Assembly (NCBI GenBank): GCA_963662465.1
Contig: OY759599.1
Span: forward strand, 1,440,001-1,504,000
Source: Desulfatiglandales bacterium
GTDB lineage: Bacteria > Desulfobacterota > DSM-4660 > Desulfatiglandales > Desulfatiglandaceae
Length of the DNA: 64,000 nucleotides
Direction: 5' to 3'
The position numbers and the translations under genes are program-made. A model generated the notes under the pieces. The model was not told the origin of the DNA. It saw only the letters and a program-made list of their open reading frames with translations, and ran no database searches. Shown here piece after piece: positions 30,097-40,062 of the stretch. The stretch's first letter is position 1. Every line of letters starts with the position of its first letter.

Positions 30097-30444
30097 TTAG
30101 GAAATATCCATGACAAGTTTCATGCCTTCATAGACTTCAGCAAGTCTGTCTTTTTTGAGGCTGCCGATCATTTCTCTGAGGCTGGCTTTATCAACCGTTT
30201 TGATCTGCGTCATATTCACAACCGATCTTTTGGGGAGGTTTGCTTCACCCTGCCGCAGAATTACATTTCCCGGCAGTTCGCCGAATTTAAGGTTTGATGT
30301 GATGGCCGCTACAATAACCGTGTTCAATTTGCTGTCATTCAGGATGTCGTTTTGAACAACGAGTCCGGGGCGTCTACCCATCGGTTCGGAGCCTTTTGGG
30401 GGCGAAAAATCGACCCAGTAAACAGAACCTTTTCGAATTACCAT
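30097..30444 (-). CDS. mazF: PemK/MazF toxin
   Basis: GSVYWVDFSPPKGSEPMGRRPGLVVQND...TVIVAAITS. Confidence 0.92.
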   Translation of the reverse strand: MVIRKGSVYWVDFSPPKGSEPMGRRPGLVVQNDILNDSKLNTVIVAAITSNLKFGELPGNVILRQGEANLPKRSVVNMTQIKTVDKASLREMIGSLKKDRLAEVYEGMKLVMDIS

Positions 30445-30692
30445 TCCTGCCCCTCTTCAATCTCCGCTCCTTCGAACCATAAGGCGCTGCTGAGCTGTTC
30501 GTTTCTTACGGACTCATCTGAAAATATGCGATCGTAAGCCTCCTTGATATTGCGATTTCGATCCGACAGGAGCTTTTCCCTGAGTGTATCAGAAATAAAT
30601 TTGCTCCTGGAAAGGCCTTTTTGACGGCTCAAGGCATCGATCATTACGATCAGGTCTTTCGGAATTGTAATGGCAACCTTTTGAGTATGCAT
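30438..30692 (-). CDS. RHH/CopG-type antitoxin
   Basis: KVAITIPKDL..ID...GLSRSKFI. Confidence 0.85.
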   Translation of the reverse strand: MHTQKVAITIPKDLIVMIDALSRQKGLSRSKFISDTLREKLLSDRNRNIKEAYDRIFSDESVRNEQLSSALWFEGAEIEEGQEW

Positions 30693-30950
30693 GTTTTATT
30701 AACCTCTATTGGTGTGATATTAACTGCATACCAAAAGTCGGCATGTTTATCAAGCATTTGTCGGCAGTAAAAATGGCGTCTGGTTTTGACGCATGTCCCT
30801 GATTTTTAAAAACACCCAACAGCATCGCGCTGAAAATTGATTTCCCTGTTCCCCGGAAATCCACGAGAAGAATACCCTTTGGCAAAAAAGGGGCTTGAGA
30901 TCGCCTTCAACAACCTGTATCCTTCATTTTTCTAAAAGGAGGAAAACAGC

Positions 30951-32438
30951 ATGAACGAACCTGTTATCGTTCGATTTGCGCCCAGCCCGACCGGATATCT
31001 TCATATCGGCGGCGCCCGTACCGCTATTTTCAACTATTTGTACGCCCGGAAGACTGGTGGAAAATTCATTCTTCGAATCGAAGATACGGATCTTGAACGA
31101 TCCACGGAAAAGGCCATTGACGGCATACTGGACGGCCTGAAGTGGCTGGGTCTGGATTGGGACGAAGGACCCAATTTCCAGTCCCGTTCCATCGATGCGC
31201 ACCGGGAAACCGCGGAGCGGCTCCTGGCATCGGGTCATGCCTACAAATGCTTCTGTACGAAGGAAGAACTGGATGCCAAAAGGGAACAGGTCCGAGAGCA
31301 GAAAAAAACCTACCAGTACGATCGGACCTGCCGTCATCTCTCCCCGGAAGTCATTGCGGAAAAAGAGGCCGCCGGAATCCCTTTTACCATTCGGTTTCGG
31401 GCGCCGGAAGGGGCGGGCGCCGTCCGCTTCAACGATGTGGTGTACGGCACTATCGAGAAACAGTATGCGGATCTGGATGATTTCGTCATTGTCCGCTCCA
31501 ACGGTCAGCCCCTGTATGTGCTTTCCAATGCCGTGGATGATATGCGAGACGGCATTACCCATGTCATCAGGGGCCAGGACGGACTGGCCAATACCCCCAA
31601 ACAGGTGTTGATCTATCAGGCGCTGAAGGCGCCCGTTCCCCGCTTTGCCCACATGTCCCTGACACTGGACCCCCAAAAAGCCAAAATTTCCAAACGGCGG
31701 CACGGAGAAGCTGTGGCGATCCATTATTATCGGGAACGGGGATTCCTCCCATGGGCACTGGTGAATTTTCTGGTGCTTTTGGGGTGGTCGCCCGGTGATG
31801 CCAGGGAGTATTTTACGAAACCGGAGCTCATTGAGGCCTTTTCACTGGAAGGCATCAGCAAAACCAATTCCGTGTTCAATATCCGAAAAGATGATCCCAG
31901 ATTCTTCACCGATCCCAAGGCCATCAACACCAACGCCCATTATTTGAGAACCCTTCCCGTTCAAAGGATTCTGCCGGCGGTTCGAGAGCAGTTGGAGAAA
32001 GCCGGGATATGGGATCCGGCCTGGGAAAAGGAAAATGCCGGATGGTTTTCCGATACGGTTGACCTGGTTCGCGCCCGGTTCCATACGACGGTGGATTTTG
32101 TGGAACAGGGACGGGCCTATTTTTCAGATCAATTTCCAATGGATTCAAAAGCGCTTGAGAAGAATATTCTCAAACATGATGTGCTTCAAAAATGGCTGCC
32201 TGAAATGGCAGATCGGATTTCGGAAATCCCCGATTTTACCAAGCCTGCCATCGAGTCCGTTTTGGAAAAAGTTCTGAAAGAAATGGGCGTCAAGCCGGGG
32301 GTGTTGATGAATGCCGTTAGAACAGCGGTCACCGGTCAGTCCAAAGGTCCGGGATTTTTCGATTTTTTCCTGGCCATCGGGCAGCGGGAGGTGGTTCGGC
32401 GGCTGCGCCGGGCAGTTCACTGGTTCAAGAAGGTCTGA
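30951..32438 (+). CDS. gltX: Glutamate--tRNA ligase
   Basis: RFAPSPTGYLHIGG, LRIEDTD, KISKR. Confidence 0.97.
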   Translation: MNEPVIVRFAPSPTGYLHIGGARTAIFNYLYARKTGGKFILRIEDTDLERSTEKAIDGILDGLKWLGLDWDEGPNFQSRSIDAHRETAERLLASGHAYKCFCTKEELDAKREQVREQKKTYQYDRTCRHLSPEVIAEKEAAGIPFTIRFRAPEGAGAVRFNDVVYGTIEKQYADLDDFVIVRSNGQPLYVLSNAVDDMRDGITHVIRGQDGLANTPKQVLIYQALKAPVPRFAHMSLTLDPQKAKISKRRHGEAVAIHYYRERGFLPWALVNFLVLLGWSPGDAREYFTKPELIEAFSLEGISKTNSVFNIRKDDPRFFTDPKAINTNAHYLRTLPVQRILPAVREQLEKAGIWDPAWEKENAGWFSDTVDLVRARFHTTVDFVEQGRAYFSDQFPMDSKALEKNILKHDVLQKWLPEMADRISEIPDFTKPAIESVLEKVLKEMGVKPGVLMNAVRTAVTGQSKGPGFFDFFLAIGQREVVRRLRRAVHWFKKV

Positions 32439-32481
32439 ACCTTTTACGGGTATCCCGTCGGGTGTTGGCCTCCTCCCTGTT

Positions 32482-32635
32482 TTTGAACACGATTCACAGG
32501 ATTAAATACGATTCACAGGATTAGAAGATGGCGGCCCGGCAAATTTCTCCTCGTCATGGGGAGACCTTTTTGTTTGCGGTTTATCGCCCAAGGGTAATCC
32601 TGTCCATCATTATAATCTTCTAAATCGTGTTCAAA
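32482..32635. repeat. Solo diverged copy of the GxxExxY-associated inverted-repeat element
   Basis: TTTGAACACGATT...AATCGTGTTCAAA with the same internal sequence as the array units. Confidence 0.92.
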
Positions 32636-32647
32636 CAGTGTCCCCAT

Positions 32648-34327
32648 TCATAAAACCAGATTGTGCGCCAGAACGGGGCGGGAAAAACCTTTCACGGTAA
32701 TCTCGCCCCCGGTTTCAAATTGGAAAGCATCTTTTACCAGTGCCCAGGTGGCATGGCTGACCAGAATCCCCCCGGGGGCGCAGGCGCCTTCCAGGCGGGA
32801 GGCGAGATTGACGTGCATCCCGAAGGCCGTAAAATCTTTTCGGTTTTTGGATCCGAACCCTCCGACGTTCACCATGCCCGTATTGATGCCGCAACGAATC
32901 TGTAACGGTTGGGCAATCCCTTCATTGAACCATTTTTCATTCAGTTCCGACATTTTTCGCTGCATAGTAACGGCCATTTGGGCGCAGTGTAATGCATTGT
33001 TCTTATCGTTTCCTTTTTCGGGAGCCCCGAAAAAAATAAAGAGTTCATCCCCTTTGACATTGGCCACAACCCCGCCGTATTCATTGGCGATCTCGTACAT
33101 CTCCGACAGATACTCATTGAGAAGGTTCGCCATGTCTTCGGGTTCCATGGATTCCGTGATGTTTGTAAAATCCTTGATATCCGAAAAAAACAGGGTGAGT
33201 CTTTTACGTGAATAATCCCATACATCATCGATTTCATTGGCCAAAATCCTTTCCGTCAATTGAACCGGAACATATTTGGCCAGCACCTTATGGGCCCGCG
33301 CCACGGTCTCTTTCTCACGTTGAAGGTCACAGGTTCTCTCTTCAACCAGTTTTTCCAGGTTTTCGCGATGGTATAAATTGTCGAAAGCGATGGCCACGTT
33401 TGAAAGAAAAATATTGATCAGATCCCTGTCGGTTTTACCCACGGGCTTTTGGCTTTCAAGATAGAGAATGTTTTCAATACAACGGTTGGTTTTGAAATAG
33501 CAGATGATTTTTTTATCCTTAAAATTGTTCTTTTTCTCCCTGAGTGCCTCGTTGATGTCATCCTTGACATTTTGATCGCTCAAGTCCGTCACACATCGAT
33601 CCAGATACTTTTCATAATGGCCTGTTCCGGCGACAATCTTGTAGTTGTCTTGTTCCTGGGTCGCCGCAAACCCACAGGTTCCATCGGATGTTCGGAGCAA
33701 CAGTGAATTTTCTTCAAAACCCAATATGGATGTCAACTGGGCCAACACGCCCGCTGTAAACTGTTTGAAGGATGAAAGTTTCAACAGACTTGAAGAGGCA
33801 TTGATAATCATCTCAAGTCCTTTGCGGTTCTTTTCAATCACGTTCAGATCGCGACAGGACCGCAGTGCCGAGGTTACCGCCGTAAAAAGCCTGCTGCTGG
33901 TCAACTCTTCCTTGGTTTTATAATCATTGATGTCATACTCAATAATGACCTTTTTTTCAGGCGCCTGTCCGGGTTGACCCGTGCGCAGGATGATCCGCAC
34001 AATGGTGTTTTGTAGCTCCTCCCGGATATACCGAACAACATCCAATCCGGCATGATCCGTTTCCATGACCACATCCAGAAGGATCACCGCCGTATCTGGA
34101 TGTTCCGCAATCAACCGCCTGGCTTCCGCTCCGGAATAGGCGCTTAAAAACACCATATTCCGCCCATCAAAAACGTAGTCCTCAAAAATCATGCGGGTCA
34201 CATTGTGAACATCTTCCACATCATCAACGATCATCATTTTCCATGCATTTTGATGAACCGCTGCGTCTTTCTCAAGATCATCGTCTTCAAAGAAAAGTTC
34301 CTCTTCTTCAGATACGTTTAATGTCAT
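32648..34327 (-). CDS. Response regulator (REC-DUF3369) adenylate/guanylate cyclase
   Basis: LLDVVME..AGL...IILRTGQPGQAPE; FFSDIKDFT, RCGINTG, VNLASRLE. Confidence 0.9.
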   Translation of the reverse strand: MTLNVSEEEELFFEDDDLEKDAAVHQNAWKMMIVDDVEDVHNVTRMIFEDYVFDGRNMVFLSAYSGAEARRLIAEHPDTAVILLDVVMETDHAGLDVVRYIREELQNTIVRIILRTGQPGQAPEKKVIIEYDINDYKTKEELTSSRLFTAVTSALRSCRDLNVIEKNRKGLEMIINASSSLLKLSSFKQFTAGVLAQLTSILGFEENSLLLRTSDGTCGFAATQEQDNYKIVAGTGHYEKYLDRCVTDLSDQNVKDDINEALREKKNNFKDKKIICYFKTNRCIENILYLESQKPVGKTDRDLINIFLSNVAIAFDNLYHRENLEKLVEERTCDLQREKETVARAHKVLAKYVPVQLTERILANEIDDVWDYSRKRLTLFFSDIKDFTNITESMEPEDMANLLNEYLSEMYEIANEYGGVVANVKGDELFIFFGAPEKGNDKNNALHCAQMAVTMQRKMSELNEKWFNEGIAQPLQIRCGINTGMVNVGGFGSKNRKDFTAFGMHVNLASRLEGACAPGGILVSHATWALVKDAFQFETGGEITVKGFSRPVLAHNLVL

Positions 34328-34565
34328 TTAATTTCTCCATACATGGAATTTGTATCAAAGTCATTCGTTCGGTTGGGCGATCACGATTCGAATTCAGAAT
34401 CTCCGCGGATGAGGCTGTTTCGAAAAATAATTCAAGTGCTTCCTTAAGATTTTTCCGGGCAGCCTCGATTGTATCCCCCTGGCTGGCAATATCGAACTCC
34501 GGGCAAAACGAAACATAACCGTCACCTTCACGTTCGATAATTGCAGTGAGTTGTTTTTGCATCAT
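34308..34565 (-). pseudogene. HicB-like antitoxin, solitary, 3' end probably replaced
   Basis: LTAIIEREGDGYVSFCPEFDIASQGDTIEAARKNLKEALELFFE; no hicA. Confidence 0.7.
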
Positions 34566-34611
34566 ACTTTCTCCAAATGTTTTAATTCGTTTTTAATCGG
34601 CAAACGTTCCG

Positions 34612-37600
34612 TTATTCCAGGATCTTCATCCCTTCTGGAATTTTCATTCTGATCATCATACCATTTCCCTGCGTACTCTCACATGAAATCTTCCCCCTGA
34701 GGCTCTGGGTCACCAGGTTATGCACAATGTGCATCCCCAGCCCGCTTCCCCCCTGGGAGCGTTTGGTGGTGAAGAACGGATCAAAGATCTTGTTCAAATC
34801 TTTTTCGTTCATCCCCTTGCCGTTGTCCCGGTAGGTCAATATGATGGAACCGTTATCTTCTGTAGCGTCAAAACTGATTTCGCCCGCTTCCATTTCGTCA
34901 AAGCCATGAATCAGGGAATTCATCACCAGGTTTGAGATAATCTGGGAAAAGGCGCCGGGGTAACTATTCAATGTCAGCGCTTCCGGGCAGTTGACGGTAA
35001 CCAGGTGCTTTGTTTTCTTCAGTTTCGGTTTCAGGCTCAAGAGCACATCTTCGATATAGGCCTTGAGAGTAAACTCGCGGCGTTCGCCGCTGGTCTGGTC
35101 TACCGCCACCTGTTTGAAGCCCTGCACGATTTTCACCGCGCCGCTCAGGTTCTTGAGGATCAGGTTGGAGGAATCGCCGGCGGTTTTGGCATAGCTGTTC
35201 AGGTCGGAACGTTTCAGCTTTTGGGCTGCCACTTTTGCCACGAATTCCTGTGTTTTGTCTTCCAGGTGGGATGCGGCGGTCACGGCGATGCCGATGGGCG
35301 TATTGACTTCATGGGCAACCCCCGCCACCAAGCCCCCCAAAGCTGCCATTTTCTCGGATTGCACCAGTTGCGCCTGGGTCTTCTGGATGGTGTCGAGGGA
35401 TTGCTTCAGTTCCGTTGTTCTTTCCTCCACTTTTTCTTCCAGGGTTTTGGAATAGTCCTGCTGCTGTTTGTACAGGTCCGCGTTTTCAAGGGAGATGGCC
35501 GCCTGAGAGCAGAGCAGTGGAAGGACTTCAAGGCGCTCCGGGGTGAATGCGCCCGTTGCCAGGTTGTTTTCAAGATAGATGATGCCGCTCAAATTGTTTC
35601 GATGGATCAACGGGGCGCATAATAGGGATTTGGGTTGATGGTTCATGATGTAGGGGTCAGTGGTGAACTTCCCTTGGTGGGCGGCATCCTCAAGGACAAG
35701 GTTTTCGTTGACCCGGGCAACGTATTGAATGATGGTGACTGGCACGTTTGGAGAATCTTCCAGAGGAACGGACTGAAGCACCTGAACCTTTTCCTGATGG
35801 ATATGACCTTCGGCCTCGATCCGGAAATCCCCGTCTGATTTCAGGATCAGGCAGCCTTTTTCAGCACCCGCATTTTCAATGATGATCTGCATCATGCGGG
35901 AAAGGAGTTTCTCGATCTGGATTTCCCCTGATATCACCTGGGAGGCTTTCATGACGGAGGTCAGATCAAGCTGTTCGCCTTTAAGCTGGTTGCTGGTGGT
36001 GGTGATGGTTGTTGCATGGCCGGGTTTCCGGTCTTTATCATTGGTGGATGCTTGTGACGTTTTGGTCGAAACAACAGCCAGCAGTTCAGGGTAATTTATG
36101 TCCAGATGATCCACTTTTGCCCTGGCGCCCCAATGGTCATAGCAATACCTGGCTTCTGTCATATACTTTCGGGCGGTCTCGGTTTCTCCCTTTTCCAGGT
36201 AAAATTTTGCGGCCAACTCATTGGTCAGGGCTTCTTCCTGGATGTACTGGTTTTCCTTGGCTCCGGCGATGGCCTGGTTGTAGAAAGCAATGGCTTTCTC
36301 ATCTTTTCCGAGAACTCTCGCTCGTTCGGCCTCCACCAGTTGCCATTTGTGGAGATAATTCATTGGGGCGTGATAAGCCCATTTTTTCATCTTTTTTTGG
36401 TTTTTGGCAACTTTTCGAAGGATGAGTTTTTGGTTGGTTATTGGAGTTCCAGAGAACAGTGCCAATTGGGTCAGGGAATCGTAGAAATGGAAAACGACAA
36501 ATGGCACCATGCCTGTTACAGCAACTAAATGCTTTTCTGTATTTCCGGCATTATTAGCTGCCTGATCGTATTGCTGGAATAGATAACAAAGGATAAGTTT
36601 ATTCAAATACAAACCGCAAGTTCCAGTTTTATCATTTTCTTCTTGATAAAGCTTTAGTATTCTTTTTTCATCAAAAGCATCTCCAGTTAATATTGTAGGA
36701 TCTTCATTGTAACCCATCAAATTCAATACTACCTGCAAAGCCCTTTGGTTAAGAAATAGAAATGGTTTTTGCCCTAATTTTCTAATAGCATTGTTGTATT
36801 TGGATATATTTTGCTCAATCGTTAATAATTCTATTCCAGCAAAATAAGAATAAAGTGAGTAATTAAACGCGTTACTGGCAGCATCTTCCAAAGCCCCAAT
36901 TTCAAGGCTTTTTTGGAATCCCGTTTTGAATGGTTCTAACGATTCCCTGACATGTCTTTTCCAATGTTTAATATGACAATTAAATCCAAATTGGGCTTTT
37001 ACGTCTGCTGATTTGGCATTGAGTTTTTCTGATAACCGTACTCCCAACTTTCCGAATTCGAAACCGGATTTTATATCTCCTATGCCCCCGCATAGAATAG
37101 CGCCATATGCGGTATATGAACCACTTGATTCTGGAGCATTACCGTATTTGACGGATAGATTTATACCTGAAAAGACTAGAAATGGATAAAGCTCGGGCGC
37201 AGAAAAATAAACAGAGTTGCTCATACTTGTTCCAATACGCATCGCGGCAAACTTATAAGGATCAGTCATTTCCGGAAGGTTGATTAAAAACTCAGGTTGT
37301 TTTCCAAGCAAAGCGAATCTTGTTCTCAGATAGGCGGCCAAAAGATTCAATTTGGTCGGTTTTTGGGGGACAGTCATGCCTAAGAGCTTTGAAACATGAA
37401 GCCCGATCTTTACAGCATCCAGCAGCTTATGTTGCGCCGTATAGGCTTGAATCTTTACATCGTAAGTTTTTATCTTATCCAGCACGGTTTTTGCGTGCTG
37501 CAAGACTATCTCTGCCAAATCCCCCATCTCCTCATAGTCGCCGCAAAGAAAAGCTGCTTCTGCTGCTTCCTCGTGGAGCGTCAGAGTTAAGCCATATTGC

Positions 37601-40014
37601 ACCTGCCAGCTATCTTCTCGAAGCATTCCTATGCCGGATTTCAGGTAATCAAATGCCGGCACATAAGCCGCAGAAAGTTTCGCTTTTTTACCGGCAAGAA
37701 GATTTAATTGCGCAAGTTTTTCCCGTTCCTCTTCATCTGTCATCAATTCAGAACTTAAATTGAGTTGATCAACTACCGCCAAGATCTGCTCTTCAAGCTC
37801 CTCTTCAGAAATCCTCTTCAGCATCTCCCTGCCGATTTGCAGATGCACTTCCGGTCTCTCTTTTTCTTCAATCAGGGAATAGGCTGCCTGTTGTACCCGG
37901 TCGTGCAGAAATTTGTACACGGGAGATAGATGGTCACGGTCGGAAATCTTATCAGAAGTTGGAGATTTAAGCGGAGAAGAAATATACTTGTACGATTCAT
38001 CCACCGGCAGGACCAATTCCTCCTGCAATGCCGGCAATAAATCATCCGCCGTCTCCTGAACCGGTTTTTCATACACAATGGAGAGGGTGTTTAAATCAAA
38101 TCGATTTCCGATACAGGCTGCAAGGCTGAGAAGATGCCCGGTATTCCCTGATAATTTTTGAATCTTGCTGACCATCAAATCAACGACATTATCGGTAATA
38201 TCGGTTTGCCTGATTCTCTCCTCATCCCACTGCCAGATTCCTTCATCGCTATTAAAAAAAATCAGCCCGTCCTGATACAGGGAATGGATGAACTGGTTCA
38301 GAAAGAAAGGATTCCCCCGGGTTTTGGCAAAGCATAACCCGGCAAGGGGGTTTGATCGCTCCGGATCGCACGAAAAAGTTTCCGACAGGAGCTGGTTGAC
38401 GTGGGTTTCCATCAGCAATTGCAGTGGGATGGTTTCAACTTCCGCCCCGCTTTTTTCGATTTCCTCAATGGTCCGCATCAAAGGGTGGGCAGGGTCCACT
38501 TCATTGTCCCGATAAGCGCCGATGAGATAGAGATATTCCGCTTTTACGGTGATGAACATCTCGATCAGTTTCAGGGACGCCGCATCCGCCCATTGGAGGT
38601 CATCCAGGAAAATCACCAGGGGGTGATCTTCGGCGGCAAAGGTGTTGATAAAGTTTTCAAAGACATAGTTGAACCGGTTCACATTCTCCGTGGGACCCAG
38701 CGTCGGGACTTCCGGCTGGCTGCCGATAATCAGCTCCAGCTCCGGGATGACCTCGATCATCACCCGGCCGTTGGGGCCTAACGCTTTTAACAATTTCTCT
38801 TTCCAGGTGGATATCTGCGCGTCGCTTTCAGACAGAATCTGCCGGATCAATTGCTGAAAGGCCTGGATCAGGGGAACGTATGGGGTGCTCTTTTTTAACT
38901 GGTCGAATTTGCCTGAAATGAAATATCTCTTCTTACTTTTTGCGGTCAGGGGATTTTGCGTCTGTTGTGTCAGGGGCCGTTGAACTTCATGCACCAGGGC
39001 GGATTTGCCGATACCCGCCGGACCCGTCACCAACACCATTTTGCAGGCGCCCCGGCTTACCTCGTCAAAACCTGACAACAGGGTGTTGATTTCAGCTTCC
39101 CGGCCATAGAGTTTTTGCGGAATCCGAAGCCTGTCCGAGATATCCTTTTGCCCGATTTCAAAGGGCTCTATTTTCCCTGAACCTTCGAGCCTGTCCAGGC
39201 ATTGCCGCAAATCGTGCTGAATCCCAAAGGCCCCCTGATAGCGGTCTTCCGCATCCTTTGCCATGAGCTTCAGGATGATATCCGATAGGACCGGTGGGAT
39301 TGCGGCGTTGATTTTATGCGGCGGTTCAGGCATCAATGCCAGATGGGCATGCACCAGTTCAATGGGTTCCGTGGACAGGAAAGGCAGTCGGCCGGTGAAC
39401 AATTCGTAGAGCGTTACACCAAAGGAATAGAAGTCCGTTCGCCAGTCCACCAGGCGGTTCATGCGGCCGGTTTGTTCCGGGGACATGTAGGGCAGGGTGG
39501 CCGTCATCAGCATGGAACGTTCGACGGTGGGGGTTTCCCGGGAGATGATACTGGCCGAGCTGAAATCCATCAGTTTCAGGACGCCGGTTTCAGGGTTATA
39601 GAGGATGTTGGAAGGTTTGATATCTTTGTGGATGATGTGCGCCTGATAGATTTCGCCTAACGCTGATGCGGTTTTGACGGCGATCTCTAAAAACTGATCA
39701 ACTTTCAAGGCCTCTGATTTTTGCGGGGTTTTAAGATCAGCGCCGCCGGAGTCCTCCAATACCAGGTAGGGCCGGTGGTCATGCATGATGAGATCCATCA
39801 CTTTAACTACACCTTCTAACCCATTGGCTTTAAAGGTCTTCAGAACATTATATTCATGGCTGTAGCGTGCCGTTTCATGGGGAGAGGGGTGGGCGCTTGC
39901 GGTGGTTTTCAGGATAACCGGTTGGTTGTCATCGGTGTTTACGGCACGATAGACGTGGGTGTTGGCACCTTGGTATAGGGTGTCAGTAATGTCAAAATCC
40001 TTGAACTCGGTCAT
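34612..40014 (-). CDS. Ser/Thr kinase-AAA ATPase-TPR-GAF-histidine kinase hybrid
   Basis: HKDIKPSN, YMSPEQTGRMNR, GPAGIGKS, FLDDLQWAD, FLHDRVQQAAY, AHEVNTP, PFFTTK..GSGLG. Confidence 0.95.
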   Translation of the reverse strand: MTEFKDFDITDTLYQGANTHVYRAVNTDDNQPVILKTTASAHPSPHETARYSHEYNVLKTFKANGLEGVVKVMDLIMHDHRPYLVLEDSGGADLKTPQKSEALKVDQFLEIAVKTASALGEIYQAHIIHKDIKPSNILYNPETGVLKLMDFSSASIISRETPTVERSMLMTATLPYMSPEQTGRMNRLVDWRTDFYSFGVTLYELFTGRLPFLSTEPIELVHAHLALMPEPPHKINAAIPPVLSDIILKLMAKDAEDRYQGAFGIQHDLRQCLDRLEGSGKIEPFEIGQKDISDRLRIPQKLYGREAEINTLLSGFDEVSRGACKMVLVTGPAGIGKSALVHEVQRPLTQQTQNPLTAKSKKRYFISGKFDQLKKSTPYVPLIQAFQQLIRQILSESDAQISTWKEKLLKALGPNGRVMIEVIPELELIIGSQPEVPTLGPTENVNRFNYVFENFINTFAAEDHPLVIFLDDLQWADAASLKLIEMFITVKAEYLYLIGAYRDNEVDPAHPLMRTIEEIEKSGAEVETIPLQLLMETHVNQLLSETFSCDPERSNPLAGLCFAKTRGNPFFLNQFIHSLYQDGLIFFNSDEGIWQWDEERIRQTDITDNVVDLMVSKIQKLSGNTGHLLSLAACIGNRFDLNTLSIVYEKPVQETADDLLPALQEELVLPVDESYKYISSPLKSPTSDKISDRDHLSPVYKFLHDRVQQAAYSLIEEKERPEVHLQIGREMLKRISEEELEEQILAVVDQLNLSSELMTDEEEREKLAQLNLLAGKKAKLSAAYVPAFDYLKSGIGMLREDSWQVQYGLTLTLHEEAAEAAFLCGDYEEMGDLAEIVLQHAKTVLDKIKTYDVKIQAYTAQHKLLDAVKIGLHVSKLLGMTVPQKPTKLNLLAAYLRTRFALLGKQPEFLINLPEMTDPYKFAAMRIGTSMSNSVYFSAPELYPFLVFSGINLSVKYGNAPESSGSYTAYGAILCGGIGDIKSGFEFGKLGVRLSEKLNAKSADVKAQFGFNCHIKHWKRHVRESLEPFKTGFQKSLEIGALEDAASNAFNYSLYSYFAGIELLTIEQNISKYNNAIRKLGQKPFLFLNQRALQVVLNLMGYNEDPTILTGDAFDEKRILKLYQEENDKTGTCGLYLNKLILCYLFQQYDQAANNAGNTEKHLVAVTGMVPFVVFHFYDSLTQLALFSGTPITNQKLILRKVAKNQKKMKKWAYHAPMNYLHKWQLVEAERARVLGKDEKAIAFYNQAIAGAKENQYIQEEALTNELAAKFYLEKGETETARKYMTEARYCYDHWGARAKVDHLDINYPELLAVVSTKTSQASTNDKDRKPGHATTITTTSNQLKGEQLDLTSVMKASQVISGEIQIEKLLSRMMQIIIENAGAEKGCLILKSDGDFRIEAEGHIHQEKVQVLQSVPLEDSPNVPVTIIQYVARVNENLVLEDAAHQGKFTTDPYIMNHQPKSLLCAPLIHRNNLSGIIYLENNLATGAFTPERLEVLPLLCSQAAISLENADLYKQQQDYSKTLEEKVEERTTELKQSLDTIQKTQAQLVQSEKMAALGGLVAGVAHEVNTPIGIAVTAASHLEDKTQEFVAKVAAQKLKRSDLNSYAKTAGDSSNLILKNLSGAVKIVQGFKQVAVDQTSGERREFTLKAYIEDVLLSLKPKLKKTKHLVTVNCPEALTLNSYPGAFSQIISNLVMNSLIHGFDEMEAGEISFDATEDNGSIILTYRDNGKGMNEKDLNKIFDPFFTTKRSQGGSGLGMHIVHNLVTQSLRGKISCESTQGNGMMIRMKIPEGMKILE

Positions 40015-40062
40015 GTTCAGCTCCGTGTTTGAGGTCGTCCGTTTTTTTTAAGATGCAAGCGT

